DNA from: a virus
Lineage: Duplodnaviria; Caudoviricetes
Strand: one strand, 5' to 3'
Length of the DNA stretch: 64,000 nucleotides
IMG/VR virus record: IMGVR_UViG_3300030708_002798
Made by a program: the position numbers and the translations under genes. Positions within the stretch are counted from its first letter, which is position 1. Every line of letters begins with the position of its first letter. Below the pieces are notes generated by a model. That model did not search any database. It worked only from the letters and a program-made list of their open reading frames with translations, and was not told where the DNA came from. Below, in pieces: positions 9,514-18,416 of the stretch.

Positions 9514-9944
9514 CAGGCAAGAGCACCTTCGGGAATAGTTTCCTGCTTTCCATAGTTATCATCCCAGGTACGAGTATTGTAGCAAGTCCATTCACCTTTG
9601 TGGTAAATGTAACCGTATTCTTCACCATTTTCGATGAATTGTGTGAGATTGCTGTCAATCCGAGGAGGGCAATCTTCATTCCTTCCACTGTAGTATTGTG
9701 GACCGTATTCTTCAGACTCTTTTTGCTCAGTCACATAAGGAGCAATTTGCTTACCAGTCCAACGATCTTTTGTCCAGATACATGAACAATCACCACCATC
9801 AATCAGTTCTGCAACTTTCTCTTTGGTGTTGTAATGTGTCTTCAAGATGCGACCAGTCCACTCAGGATAACCATCCCAGTGCTGATAGATGCTGAGAATA
9901 GAATCATCAGCAAGTTGAATACCAATGCGAGAACGTGTGCCCAT
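9510..9944 (-). CDS. Conserved phage hypothetical protein (MGTRSRIG...HWDGYP family)
   Basis: Recognisable TRSRIG / HWDGYP / EEYGYIY motifs. Confidence 0.7.
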   Translation of the reverse strand: MGTRSRIGIQLADDSILSIYQHWDGYPEWTGRILKTHYNTKEKVAELIDGGDCSCIWTKDRWTGKQIAPYVTEQKESEEYGPQYYSGRNEDCPPRIDSNLTQFIENGEEYGYIYHKGEWTCYNTRTWDDNYGKQETIPEGALAC

Positions 9945-9982
9945 GATGAGAAGAATGAGGTGAAAAATGAACGAGGTTGTTG

Positions 9983-10180
9983 TCAGTCCCAGTCGAAAGT
10001 TGGAATCTTTGCGAGTGCTTCACTCTGATACTTTTCAGAGTAGACACCAGCAATCCAAGCAGTTTCAACAGAGATAGGTGTCCCAGTTGCAGAATAGCAA
10101 CGTTGCTGGTCAGTTTGAACGTCACGACCAACCCACATGCGTTGACGAGTTTCGAGGCAGGTTGCTTGGGAAAAGATCAT
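9983..10180 (-). CDS. Hypothetical early protein
   Basis: First ORF after a promoter cassette. Confidence 0.6.
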   Translation of the reverse strand: MIFSQATCLETRQRMWVGRDVQTDQQRCYSATGTPISVETAWIAGVYSEKYQSEALAKIPTFDWD

Positions 10181-10261
10181 TGGTGTGTCCCTTTGACTTC
10201 TATAGAATACCTCACGGAGAGACCCCTACAAGGGTCTCTGTGCCACTTGTTTCACCGTCCA
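10181..10261 (-). promoter_or_regulatory. Early promoter cassette copy with internal stem-loop
   Basis: TGGACGGTG-N5-AGTGGCACA, hairpin GAGACCC...GGGTCTC, TATTCT-ATAGAAGTCAAAGGGACAC. Confidence 0.75.
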
Positions 10262-11136
10262 GGTGTATCCCATCGTTTTGGCATGTTGAAGTTATTCATG
10301 GAGAATACTTCCCGATCTACGAGTTTCAACGTGCGACCATCTTCCGAAGTGATAGTGAAACCTTCCTGCTTGATTTGCAGGTCTCCGATGTATGCTTTCG
10401 GACAATCTGTGATCTTGAAACTATCCATGAGATCCTCTTTCATCTCAATAACCATGAGATACAGACTCGCAAGATATTCATCATCAAGAATCAATGACAG
10501 CAATTCATGCGTCAGAGGTTTACCTTCACGGATGAAAGCATTGATGATTTTCTTACAAACTTCTGCACCACGTTTGTCCTGAAACTTGATAAGATCAACA
10601 TTCACATCTGGTGCCTGAGCACCACGCATCCAATCAACACATGGTTGCACCCATTTGACCTTTTGATTGTCAACAAAATGTTCTTTCAATGGATATGCAA
10701 TAGCATCCCGAAGATCACATGCAGCACAATACTCAGTGTGAGGTGCAACAATGAACTTTTGAGTTACAACTTCTGGAAACTCATAAGTGATAGTATTCTG
10801 GGTGAAGATAGTTCCTGCACCCCAACCCAAGAAATCACCTTGGAAGATTCTATCAGTGCGTGGAAGGAAGTTGTAAGCAAGATGCAGAATCTCTGCCATC
10901 TCGTCTTCATAATGCTCGTCAATCTCATCATGAGAGTGAGCAATACGAATCTTTTTCTTGTTGAATACTGCTTTGTTTCCAACAAAGAATTGTCCGTTGG
11001 CAGGATCTCTACCCCAAACAATAGCAATGCCATCCATCTTCACACTAGCATGTGTGAAATTGTAGAGAATATCGATGGCAGAAAGATCACCAGTCAGAAT
11101 GGTGTCTTCAGGATGTTCCTGGTGCTTGTTTTGCAT
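10252..11136 (-). CDS. ATP-dependent ligase / nucleotidyltransferase-fold protein (DUF6267-like)
   Basis: KMDG (KxDG motif I), FQGDF, QEGF (motif IV), KLVDRE (motif V). Confidence 0.65.
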   Translation of the reverse strand: MQNKHQEHPEDTILTGDLSAIDILYNFTHASVKMDGIAIVWGRDPANGQFFVGNKAVFNKKKIRIAHSHDEIDEHYEDEMAEILHLAYNFLPRTDRIFQGDFLGWGAGTIFTQNTITYEFPEVVTQKFIVAPHTEYCAACDLRDAIAYPLKEHFVDNQKVKWVQPCVDWMRGAQAPDVNVDLIKFQDKRGAEVCKKIINAFIREGKPLTHELLSLILDDEYLASLYLMVIEMKEDLMDSFKITDCPKAYIGDLQIKQEGFTITSEDGRTLKLVDREVFSMNNFNMPKRWDTPGR

Positions 11137-11138
11137 GA

Positions 11139-11306
11139 TCACCAAATCTCCGTGAATCGTTTGTGAGTTTTCTTGGTCATTCTACCTTCTGCGAGCATGT
11201 TGTCACATACTTTGCAGAAGACTTGAAACTTTTCTTCTCGGGTGAGAGTGTCTGCATACTCGCAATTTTTCATGATGCGGAGCATGTATGCCTTGGAAGT
11301 GATCAT
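11139..11306 (-). CDS. Small conserved early protein (55 aa)
   Basis: Hand translation MITSKAYMLRIMK...LTREEKFQVFCKVCDNMLAEGRMTK...W; follows a cassette leader. Confidence 0.65.
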   Translation of the reverse strand: MITSKAYMLRIMKNCEYADTLTREEKFQVFCKVCDNMLAEGRMTKKTHKRFTEIW

Positions 11307-11388
11307 GTGTCGTTCCTTTGACTCTTCTAAGATACCGAAGAACAGAGTCGATTCCCAAAACCCTGTGACACTTGTCCTGCTGGCACAC
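11307..11388 (-). promoter_or_regulatory. Early promoter cassette copy
   Basis: GTGCCAGCA-N5-AGTGTCACA ... TATCTT-AGAAGAGTCAAAGGAACGAC. Confidence 0.7.
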
Positions 11389-11806
11389 CCTTTCTATCAG
11401 TTAAGTACCAAACATATAGTCTTTCTTCTTCTTCCCGTGCCTCAATTTCATGAGGTTGATGCTCATAATCGTAATTTTCCACGGGTTCTTGTGAATAACA
11501 CAATTTTCCACTTTTTAATTTGAGGGAACCTCGCACCCACTGTGCCATGTGGGTCAATTCATGCAAAAGTGTCTTAATATAATCTTCCTTGCTCATATAG
11601 CACTGCAATTCAATCAAGAAGTGTCGTGGACGGTAAGTGCTACCTGCCACATCACAATATCCAACAACGTGCTCTCTTTTCAGACCTTTGTGAATAATAT
11701 CCACGTCAATTTTGTGACGTGGGAAGAACTCACTCAAAAACCAAGAGGTAACATCCTCACAGAGGATTTTAGAATAACCGTATCCGTGATGAGTGATGTA
11801 AGACAT
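11327..11806 (-). CDS. Zincin-like metallopeptidase domain protein
   Basis: TLLHELTHMAQW (HExxH) with downstream QPHEIEA. Confidence 0.75.
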   Translation of the reverse strand: MSYITHHGYGYSKILCEDVTSWFLSEFFPRHKIDVDIIHKGLKREHVVGYCDVAGSTYRPRHFLIELQCYMSKEDYIKTLLHELTHMAQWVRGSLKLKSGKLCYSQEPVENYDYEHQPHEIEAREEEERLYVWYLTDRKGVPAGQVSQGFGNRLCSSVS

Positions 11807-11864
11807 GTGCCCCAATGAAGAAACCAGATGAATGATGCAGTGAACAGAAGTTTTTCTTTAGATG

Positions 11865-12470
11865 TCATGAATAACTTTTGAAAAGCATAAACTGTGAGAT
11901 GCAGAACTTGCCATGCTTGCCAGGTGGGTGCTCTTGCATTTTAACAGGAGTCGATGCATGTGGCACCATGGATGGGAATATGATGACACGATTGTTAATA
12001 CATTCAATTTCTATGTCATAATCATCGAATCTAAGATCACCACCAGAAAATCGTTTGGGTTCTCTATAAAAATATGTCAGTGCAGTAAATCTTGTTGTGT
12101 CTACATGTGGTTGATATTCTTGCTCATCTTCATAGTATAGAATATGCGTCCAATGACAGTTAATCATTTTGGCATTATAGATCCAGTGGGGATGGTTGTT
12201 AATTATTTCCCCACTGTTTCCAAATATCTTTTCAGTAATCGTAAGGATACTAGAGTGTTCTCTCTTATTAAAAAATGGATCAAGATACTGGCATGGAACA
12301 TTTTTCAGTTCAATGCCAGCACTATTTCTACTATCTTCTCCTGCTGGTATCATTCTCCTAGGTTCTGTGAGATAGTCCAACTCGAACATCATCTCACTTC
12401 GTTCTTCTTCAGTATAGCAATCATCAATGATGATGTATGGTATCTCATCATTGATGTACTGTACGTTCAT
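11865..12470 (-). CDS. 2OG-Fe(II) oxygenase (prolyl-4-hydroxylase-like)
   Basis: YQPHVD, FSGGDL, IFPS..PHASTPV; start revised to MNVQY. Confidence 0.8.
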   Translation of the reverse strand: MNVQYINDEIPYIIIDDCYTEEERSEMMFELDYLTEPRRMIPAGEDSRNSAGIELKNVPCQYLDPFFNKREHSSILTITEKIFGNSGEIINNHPHWIYNAKMINCHWTHILYYEDEQEYQPHVDTTRFTALTYFYREPKRFSGGDLRFDDYDIEIECINNRVIIFPSMVPHASTPVKMQEHPPGKHGKFCISQFMLFKSYS

Positions 12471-12639
12471 CGGAAAATGTAAAGAAAGAACGGGAAAGTA
12501 AGTAGTCCTAGGATAGCACCAAATCCAACAGGTGCTGGTGCAAATGCTAACATCCAAAAGATGCCACTAATTGCAGGAATTACAAGAGCAACAGCACCAG
12601 CATACTTCAGTGCTTTCACAATTTGTCGTTTGGTCATGA

Positions 12640-12855
12640 TCACAAATCCAAATAAAGTTGTAGGTCAGTTTGAAACTCTTTGGGAACAAATACTACATCG
12701 ATCTCATCGTGTATGATCCATTCCCACCATTCTTCACACAATGGTTCAGATCTACTCTCATCATCTTCTCCATCTTCTTCCATAACTTGGTTGATTCTAT
12801 CCTTAAAATCAACCAGCAAAGTGTCAAGTTGGTCAGAGAGTTGCTTGTCCATCAT
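12640..12855 (-). CDS. Hypothetical acidic protein
   Basis: 71-aa ORF in operon. Confidence 0.55.
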   Translation of the reverse strand: MMDKQLSDQLDTLLVDFKDRINQVMEEDGEDDESRSEPLCEEWWEWIIHDEIDVVFVPKEFQTDLQLYLDL

Positions 12856-12857
12856 AA

Positions 12858-13409
12858 TCAGAAGTCCAGGTAAGTTTCGATTGCTTGGTCGATACTCTCG
12901 GAGAGAGATGTAGGAGGTTCGATAACATCAAACTCACCCAGATCACACTCGTAGTAGTCACCAAGTTTGAGTTCAATCATAGCACCGTCAGCACCATCTG
13001 TGTAAAGAGAACGTGCTTTCTCATCTTCAACAACAACCACACGACGAGCAGTAAGATCTACCACCAACATGTAGTCGAAAGTCTTCATCTGCTTGAAGTC
13101 TTCAACAGTCTTCTTCTCACTGAGAAAAGATTTGACCTTGAACTTTTTAGTGGCATGAATGTCCTTACGTTTGTAGAACAAATTCTTGCCCATCTTCATC
13201 TCGATCTTGTCATCACCATAGACAAAATCGTAACCAGTCTGATCTACACGGACGAGACCAGAATACTTAGCAAGTGCTTTCTCAACAGCAGTTGCACGGG
13301 CAAAGTTGTCAGCATTAGAACTGAAACCAGGATCGTTGTAGAGAGAATCAACTACACCGAAGACTTTGCTCCAGTTGACTTGAGATTCCAGGTGATCAAT
13401 CAGATGCAT
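12858..13409 (-). CDS. Putative PD-(D/E)XK (restriction-endonuclease-fold) nuclease
   Basis: E in a helix (AVEKAL), then GYDF...KIEMK, followed by FDYMLVVD. Confidence 0.5.
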   Translation of the reverse strand: MHLIDHLESQVNWSKVFGVVDSLYNDPGFSSNADNFARATAVEKALAKYSGLVRVDQTGYDFVYGDDKIEMKMGKNLFYKRKDIHATKKFKVKSFLSEKKTVEDFKQMKTFDYMLVVDLTARRVVVVEDEKARSLYTDGADGAMIELKLGDYYECDLGEFDVIEPPTSLSESIDQAIETYLDF

Positions 13410-13970
13410 TGTTTTGATTGGGAAGGGTTTTGTCGATGATCGACTGCATATCACTCAAGGATTGTAGTTCCTTGAGATGCCAGGAGGAAAGGTTAGCAAT
13501 GGCAAAATTCATGCAGTGCTGAAGAACCTCGACTCCATCATCATACTCACAGAGTTCGACAAAGGTGTCTGTGAACCACTGTTCGTAATCTTTCTTTACA
13601 TTATCAGGTGTCTTCATTTTTCACATAGGTTTCAGTGTACGCCAAGTCCCACAATTCTGTAAGAATTGCATCATACTGCTTGTAATCTGACCCATCTACG
13701 ATACTGTTCACCTGTTGTTTGCGAACAGCATCGAAGACAAGTTTCCACTGATGATGATCAAGATTCATAGTCAACATCTTCCCAGTTGGCAATAGAAACG
13801 TCATGAACCAAATTTGAATTATCCTTCATCCACCTGTTTAACTCCATCTTACTATGAAAGTAACGATGACCATAATGATTCGGTGTCAATTTTGGTTCTG
13901 GTTTTAGTCTAACCAGATAGATTGTCGGTTTTTTGATCATCACTTCATGTAAAGATAACCACCTGCCCAA
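13396..13970 (-). CDS. Three short hypothetical early ORFs (13396-13617, 13604-13804, 13758-13970)
   Basis: Overlapping coupled ORFs; exact starts uncertain. Confidence 0.55.
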
Positions 13971-14314
13971 TCAGCATTTTCCAACAACCACTCACGATCT
14001 TTGATCAGGAGCAGATTGTAACGAACATGCTTTGCGGGTGCATTGATGCTAGCAGGTTTGTAGACATCACCCGTTTTCTTATCAATGAAGGCATGGATGG
14101 AACGAGAACCACCACCAGTCTCCATCATGAGACGATGATACTTACGTCCACCTTCTTGAATGAAGAACTTGTAATCACTGGTGCCACCATTGTTGCGACG
14201 TTTGAAGTTATCCAGCAGAGCATCACACAGCATAAGAGTATACTTGCGGATGTTGAGTTGAATCTCATTCCGTGCATCTTGGGTGGCAACGAAATCAGCA
14301 AACTCGGTGGTCAT
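13940..14314 (-). CDS. Conserved phage early hypothetical protein
   Basis: GRKYHRL...SIHAFIDKKTGDVYKPAS..APAKHVRYNL...ADWAGGYLY; start revised to MTTEF. Confidence 0.7.
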   Translation of the reverse strand: MTTEFADFVATQDARNEIQLNIRKYTLMLCDALLDNFKRRNNGGTSDYKFFIQEGGRKYHRLMMETGGGSRSIHAFIDKKTGDVYKPASINAPAKHVRYNLLLIKDREWLLENADWAGGYLYMK

Positions 14315-14397
14315 GTGCTTTGTTTGAACTGAAGTCAGTATAAAGGTTGGGACATGCCCGTGCTCAGTCACCTGTGCCAGTCATTTTAGTGGCACAG
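14315..14397 (-). promoter_or_regulatory. Early promoter cassette copy
   Basis: TGTGCCACT-N6-ACTGGCACA ... TATACT ... ATG. Confidence 0.7.
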
Positions 14398-14960
14398 TGT
14401 ACGAACTTTGTCAGGGCAAATCTGTCAGTCTCCACAACTGGTGTGACCATATGTTTAACCCAACCAGGGAACATCACACATCGATTTGTTTTACTTTTGA
14501 TATAAAGATCGTGCTGTTCAAAGTAAAGATCTCCACCACCTCCAGTATCTTCCTGAAGTGTCCAGGAAACCAATACATTAACCCAACAATCTTGATGACT
14601 TAGATAGTCTTCTCCAGGTGCATATTTTCTTATCTTCGTATGATCTGAATCTGACCTTAATACTTGTTCCCAAAATTCATGATCTTTTGCTATTGATTCC
14701 CAAAATGGTAGAGTAAACAACCGTTTGGAACTGATTGATAAGATGTCTGAAACATTTCTATTGTTGTAAACATCATCTAAAGATAGACCAGTCGAATCGG
14801 ACAGATATGTCCCATCATCATTCTCTGCTCCACCATAAGATGAAGGATCACCAAACTTTGGGAGTAAGAAATTAAACTCCCTCATGATTAGTTCTAGTTC
14901 TTCATCACTGAAGTAATCATCGATGATGATATGTGGAAATGGAGTATCACTGATATTCAT
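14364..14960 (-). CDS. 2OG-Fe(II) oxygenase
   Basis: YLSHQD, GGGDL, FPGWVKHMVTPV, DRFALT. Confidence 0.8.
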   Translation of the reverse strand: MNISDTPFPHIIIDDYFSDEELELIMREFNFLLPKFGDPSSYGGAENDDGTYLSDSTGLSLDDVYNNRNVSDILSISSKRLFTLPFWESIAKDHEFWEQVLRSDSDHTKIRKYAPGEDYLSHQDCWVNVLVSWTLQEDTGGGGDLYFEQHDLYIKSKTNRCVMFPGWVKHMVTPVVETDRFALTKFVHCATKMTGTGD

Positions 14961-15156
14961 CGTCTTGCTGATTCATAATATCTTGAACGGTGTCCATAAA
15001 TTCATCTGCATCAGATAGATTATCCAGTGCGTGAATCATTTCACCTAATGATTTCACAATAAATGCTTTCTCGTTTCTTGCAGCAAATGCTAATGCTTCA
15101 CGAAGGTGAGTTTGTGCTGAATCAATCTCACCCATTACTTGTTCTGATAATGCCAT
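14947..15156 (-). CDS. Conserved cyanophage hypothetical protein
   Basis: MALSEQV...LREALAFAARNE motif. Confidence 0.65.
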   Translation of the reverse strand: MALSEQVMGEIDSAQTHLREALAFAARNEKAFIVKSLGEMIHALDNLSDADEFMDTVQDIMNQQDDEYQ

Positions 15157-15158
15157 GT

Positions 15159-16634
15159 TTATACTACCCAGGTAATCATACTGTATCTAGTTCCATCTGT
15201 AACAGGAAGAATTTCATGAGGATACATGAAATTAGATGGGAAGACTAAAACATCACCAACATCTAGTTCATGAACTAGTTCTCTTTGGAACATAGCAACT
15301 TCACCACCTTCATAAGCATTATTCATCGCGATGATGATAGTCAGTGCTCTAGGTTGCTCCTTAAATGAATCTGTATGCTCAATATAGAAGTCACCAACTT
15401 CATAACGTAGAAGTTCATATCCACTATCTTCACTAATTTCTAGTTCAAACTCAGGATGTTCTTTTACATATTCGTCAATAATATCTTTGACGATCTTGAA
15501 CATTTTATTATCAATTTCTCTACGGTAATCATTATTTTCATTGATACACCGTTGATCTGAGATAGTAATTACCTGACACTTTCTTGCTTCTTCATCAAGA
15601 CCAGATCCAGTAAATGTTTTCTCCCACAGTTCAGATCTTGCATACTCTTCCAGAATCTCATCACAAAAATCTGGATCAACAAACTCTTCTTTGACCATAA
15701 TAAAGTCTTTTAGAGACTTCTGTGACAAAGAACCAGTTTTTTCTTTTGCTTTATCTGATTCAACAGGTTTTGCATTTGATTTCTCTAGAAGAGAATTATA
15801 TTTCTTGTTAAAGATAACAGCATCATCTAAATCATAAAACTCTTCTTCATCATCTCTAGTCATAAATCCAGCACCATTATCACTTTCAAAATTGATAAAG
15901 TTTGTGCCAGTCTTTTCCTCAACGATGGTGAAATCATCTACATCATCTGCTTTTTTAATAGCATCATCAACTTGCTCTTCTACTTGTTCTCGCATCCAAC
16001 GTGGGAGAATAGTTTTTTCACTCATATCTTCAAAATTGATTCGTCTCATTTCATCATACTCCTTTTTGAGTTGTGGTATGTCATCTTCAAGATCTTTTAT
16101 TTTATCGAAAACTGCTTCACCATTCATACCACGACTTCTGACATAATGCAAGAAGAATTGGGTATAATTAGTTCCTTCAAAAGTATCCCTCCAATGTGGA
16201 GCAATACAACCTAAGTACATCATTGCATCACCAGGGTTAAGATTAACACATCTATCTTTTCCCTCGGATGTTGTAATCCAAATTGCCCATGGTTTATCAC
16301 CACCCAAATGTAAGGTCATTGAGATCTCACATGCTGGACGATCTGTATGCTTAATTAACTCATCACCCTTACGATAAATTCTAGAATAAACATATGTTGG
16401 TAATACTGTCTCTCCTACAATTTTACTTACTTCTGGTGTTTTATTAGCAAGTAATTCTAATGCGGGCAAATAGTTATATACTGATGAAGAATGAGGTGCC
16501 TGAGGATCCCCAGGAAACTCATACATTTCATCAGTAATATGAAACTCTCGTTCTAACCTTTTTGCTTCTTTAGGATCGATAAAATTAGGAATAACAAGAT
16601 AATGATTCTTTAGTAGTTCACCATTCACAATCAA
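15159..16634 (-). CDS. Two-domain 2OG-Fe(II) oxygenase with acidic linker
   Basis: N-domain KHTDRPACEIS...PHWR...FLHY; C-domain EHTD...GGEV...FPSNFMYPHEILPV..GTRYS. Confidence 0.85.
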   Translation of the reverse strand: MIVNGELLKNHYLVIPNFIDPKEAKRLEREFHITDEMYEFPGDPQAPHSSSVYNYLPALELLANKTPEVSKIVGETVLPTYVYSRIYRKGDELIKHTDRPACEISMTLHLGGDKPWAIWITTSEGKDRCVNLNPGDAMMYLGCIAPHWRDTFEGTNYTQFFLHYVRSRGMNGEAVFDKIKDLEDDIPQLKKEYDEMRRINFEDMSEKTILPRWMREQVEEQVDDAIKKADDVDDFTIVEEKTGTNFINFESDNGAGFMTRDDEEEFYDLDDAVIFNKKYNSLLEKSNAKPVESDKAKEKTGSLSQKSLKDFIMVKEEFVDPDFCDEILEEYARSELWEKTFTGSGLDEEARKCQVITISDQRCINENNDYRREIDNKMFKIVKDIIDEYVKEHPEFELEISEDSGYELLRYEVGDFYIEHTDSFKEQPRALTIIIAMNNAYEGGEVAMFQRELVHELDVGDVLVFPSNFMYPHEILPVTDGTRYSMITWVV

Positions 16635-16645
16635 TCACCTCTCAT

Positions 16646-17992
16646 TCACTTTTCCTTATCCAAGACTTCTTTAAGTGCAGCAAACCATTGAACTGCTTTA
16701 TCTACTGGGAATTGATTTTCTTCTCTTTCATCATCTGTCAGAGTAGTATAGAACTTCTCAGGATCAATATCAGTCATCATTTGAACAATATCATTGATAC
16801 TATGCTCAGTTTTAGATGTTTGTCTTTGATTAAAGAACTCAATGTCATCAACAGCCTGCTCGATAGAATCAGTTCTTATTTCAAGATCTTCCATCTTAGA
16901 TTGCTGCATTTGCCTATACTCTTCTTCAAAGATTTCAAGATTATCAGGTAGCATGAAGTCTGCTTCATCTTGAATATCTTTATCAAGTTCAGCAGCAACT
17001 AAATCTTGCTCAAGTGATTCTCTTGCTCTAGCAATTTCGTCAAGTTCTTGTTGCTTAATCAACTCAAACTCTTCACGTTCTGCCTCAAGTCTTGCCATGG
17101 TAGTATCACGTTCTTGACGGATTTCTGCAAGATCAAACTCCATCTCTTCAACAGTTGCTTCAAGATTTCTTGTTTGAATCTCCATCTCAAGACGAGTCTG
17201 TTGAATACTCTCTTTCTCAAGATCTTCCCATGCTTCAGCAACACGACGTGCTTCTTCACGTTCTTCATCTTCACGTTGAATCTGTGCCTGAACAGCATCA
17301 TATTCTGCTGAAATCTGATCTCTTTCTTTCTGTAGAAGTTCATTATACATCTTGCGTTCTTCCATGAACGCTTCCTTTTCCTTCTCAAATTCTAATAGAA
17401 GATCATCAAACTTCTTCTGCATATCCTTATTGATCTTTTGGATATACTCCTCAACCTTCATTACTTTAGCAGCAGTAAGTTCTTCCTCATACTCTAGTTG
17501 TTTACGTCTTTGTTCGATCTCTGAGGTTCTTTCTTGGAAATTTCGTTGCTCTAGTGCAGCAGCAAGTTCATCATTTAGAATATCATTCTGATCACGAATT
17601 TCTCTATTCTGCCTTTGAAGATCTTCAATGAAAGCAATCTGTGCTTCTTGTTCTACTTTATCAGCAACGAGTTCTTCTTGCTCTGATGCAATTCTTTCTT
17701 CTTCTTCGATTGCTTCTTCTAGTTGCTTTTGCTCAAAAGCAGTTAGAAACTCAGCATAAAAATCTAAGTAAGGTTGAACAATAGTATTGAATTCGTCTTC
17801 TCCGAAGATCTTATTGGGAACTGGTTTCTCACCAATTACATCTTCATACTCAAGTTCACCACGTCCATCTCTCCATTGAATAGCATGGATGTGACTGTCA
17901 TCAAATTCCCACCGAATATCATCATCATCGAGATCTACAGTTCTCTTATCAACAATAATTCGTTTGTCTTCTGGAATAATAGTTACTCTCAT
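16646..17992 (-). CDS. Putative fibre-assembly protein: small N-terminal domain fused to a long acidic coiled coil
   Basis: N-terminus MRVTIIPED...IHAIQW...GELEY; remainder is E/Q/D-rich with heptad character. Confidence 0.55.
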   Translation of the reverse strand: MRVTIIPEDKRIIVDKRTVDLDDDDIRWEFDDSHIHAIQWRDGRGELEYEDVIGEKPVPNKIFGEDEFNTIVQPYLDFYAEFLTAFEQKQLEEAIEEEERIASEQEELVADKVEQEAQIAFIEDLQRQNREIRDQNDILNDELAAALEQRNFQERTSEIEQRRKQLEYEEELTAAKVMKVEEYIQKINKDMQKKFDDLLLEFEKEKEAFMEERKMYNELLQKERDQISAEYDAVQAQIQREDEEREEARRVAEAWEDLEKESIQQTRLEMEIQTRNLEATVEEMEFDLAEIRQERDTTMARLEAEREEFELIKQQELDEIARARESLEQDLVAAELDKDIQDEADFMLPDNLEIFEEEYRQMQQSKMEDLEIRTDSIEQAVDDIEFFNQRQTSKTEHSINDIVQMMTDIDPEKFYTTLTDDEREENQFPVDKAVQWFAALKEVLDKEK

Positions 17993-18375
17993 TGTTGCTC
18001 CTCTTCAGACTTGGGTAGTAAATTTTCTTCTTCATTATCTATGCCTTCTAGAGGTTCAAAATACTCATCAACGTTGACACCTTGCGACTCACACATATCC
18101 AAATACATGTTACCAACTGCTTCTAACATATCTTGATTAGAAGTATGTGCCTTGATCATTTCATTTCGGAATGACTCAACAGCAGAACCAGTTTGACGTT
18201 GCTGTTGACTATTTTCAATCAAAAGTGTGGGCATCCATCCAATAGAACAACCAAAATGATCAATTTCTTGACCAGTGTTGGGATCTAATCCTGCGATATG
18301 AATGTACCAAGCACACTTATGCTCAACACAATCTTTTTTAATGAGTGGACACCACTTACCAGTTGCTTTTGCCAT
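17989..18375 (-). CDS. Cys-rich protein, putative fibre-associated chaperone
   Basis: CPL..KDC....CAW...GC...WMP.LLIENSQQQRQTG.AVESFRNEM; adjacent to the needle genes. Confidence 0.55.
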   Translation of the reverse strand: MAKATGKWCPLIKKDCVEHKCAWYIHIAGLDPNTGQEIDHFGCSIGWMPTLLIENSQQQRQTGSAVESFRNEMIKAHTSNQDMLEAVGNMYLDMCESQGVNVDEYFEPLEGIDNEEENLLPKSEEEQQ

Positions 18376-18394
18376 GAGACGAATTTCAATGATT

Positions 18395-18401
18395 TATTTA
18401 T
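18395..18401 (-). promoter_or_regulatory. T4-type late promoter
   Basis: ATAAATA in the intergenic region upstream of 18375. Confidence 0.55.
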
Positions 18402-18416
18402 TATATCAGTAGATGA

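Noticed and set aside
9977-11166. Plus-strand ORFs of 139-219 aa
   Set aside because: Antisense to well-supported minus-strand genes and a promoter cassette; no protein-like features.
1907-14397. Repeated motifs as a CRISPR array or integron attC sites
   Set aside because: Copies are kilobases apart, degenerate and contain -10 and RBS elements; no regular spacers, cas genes or integrase in the window.
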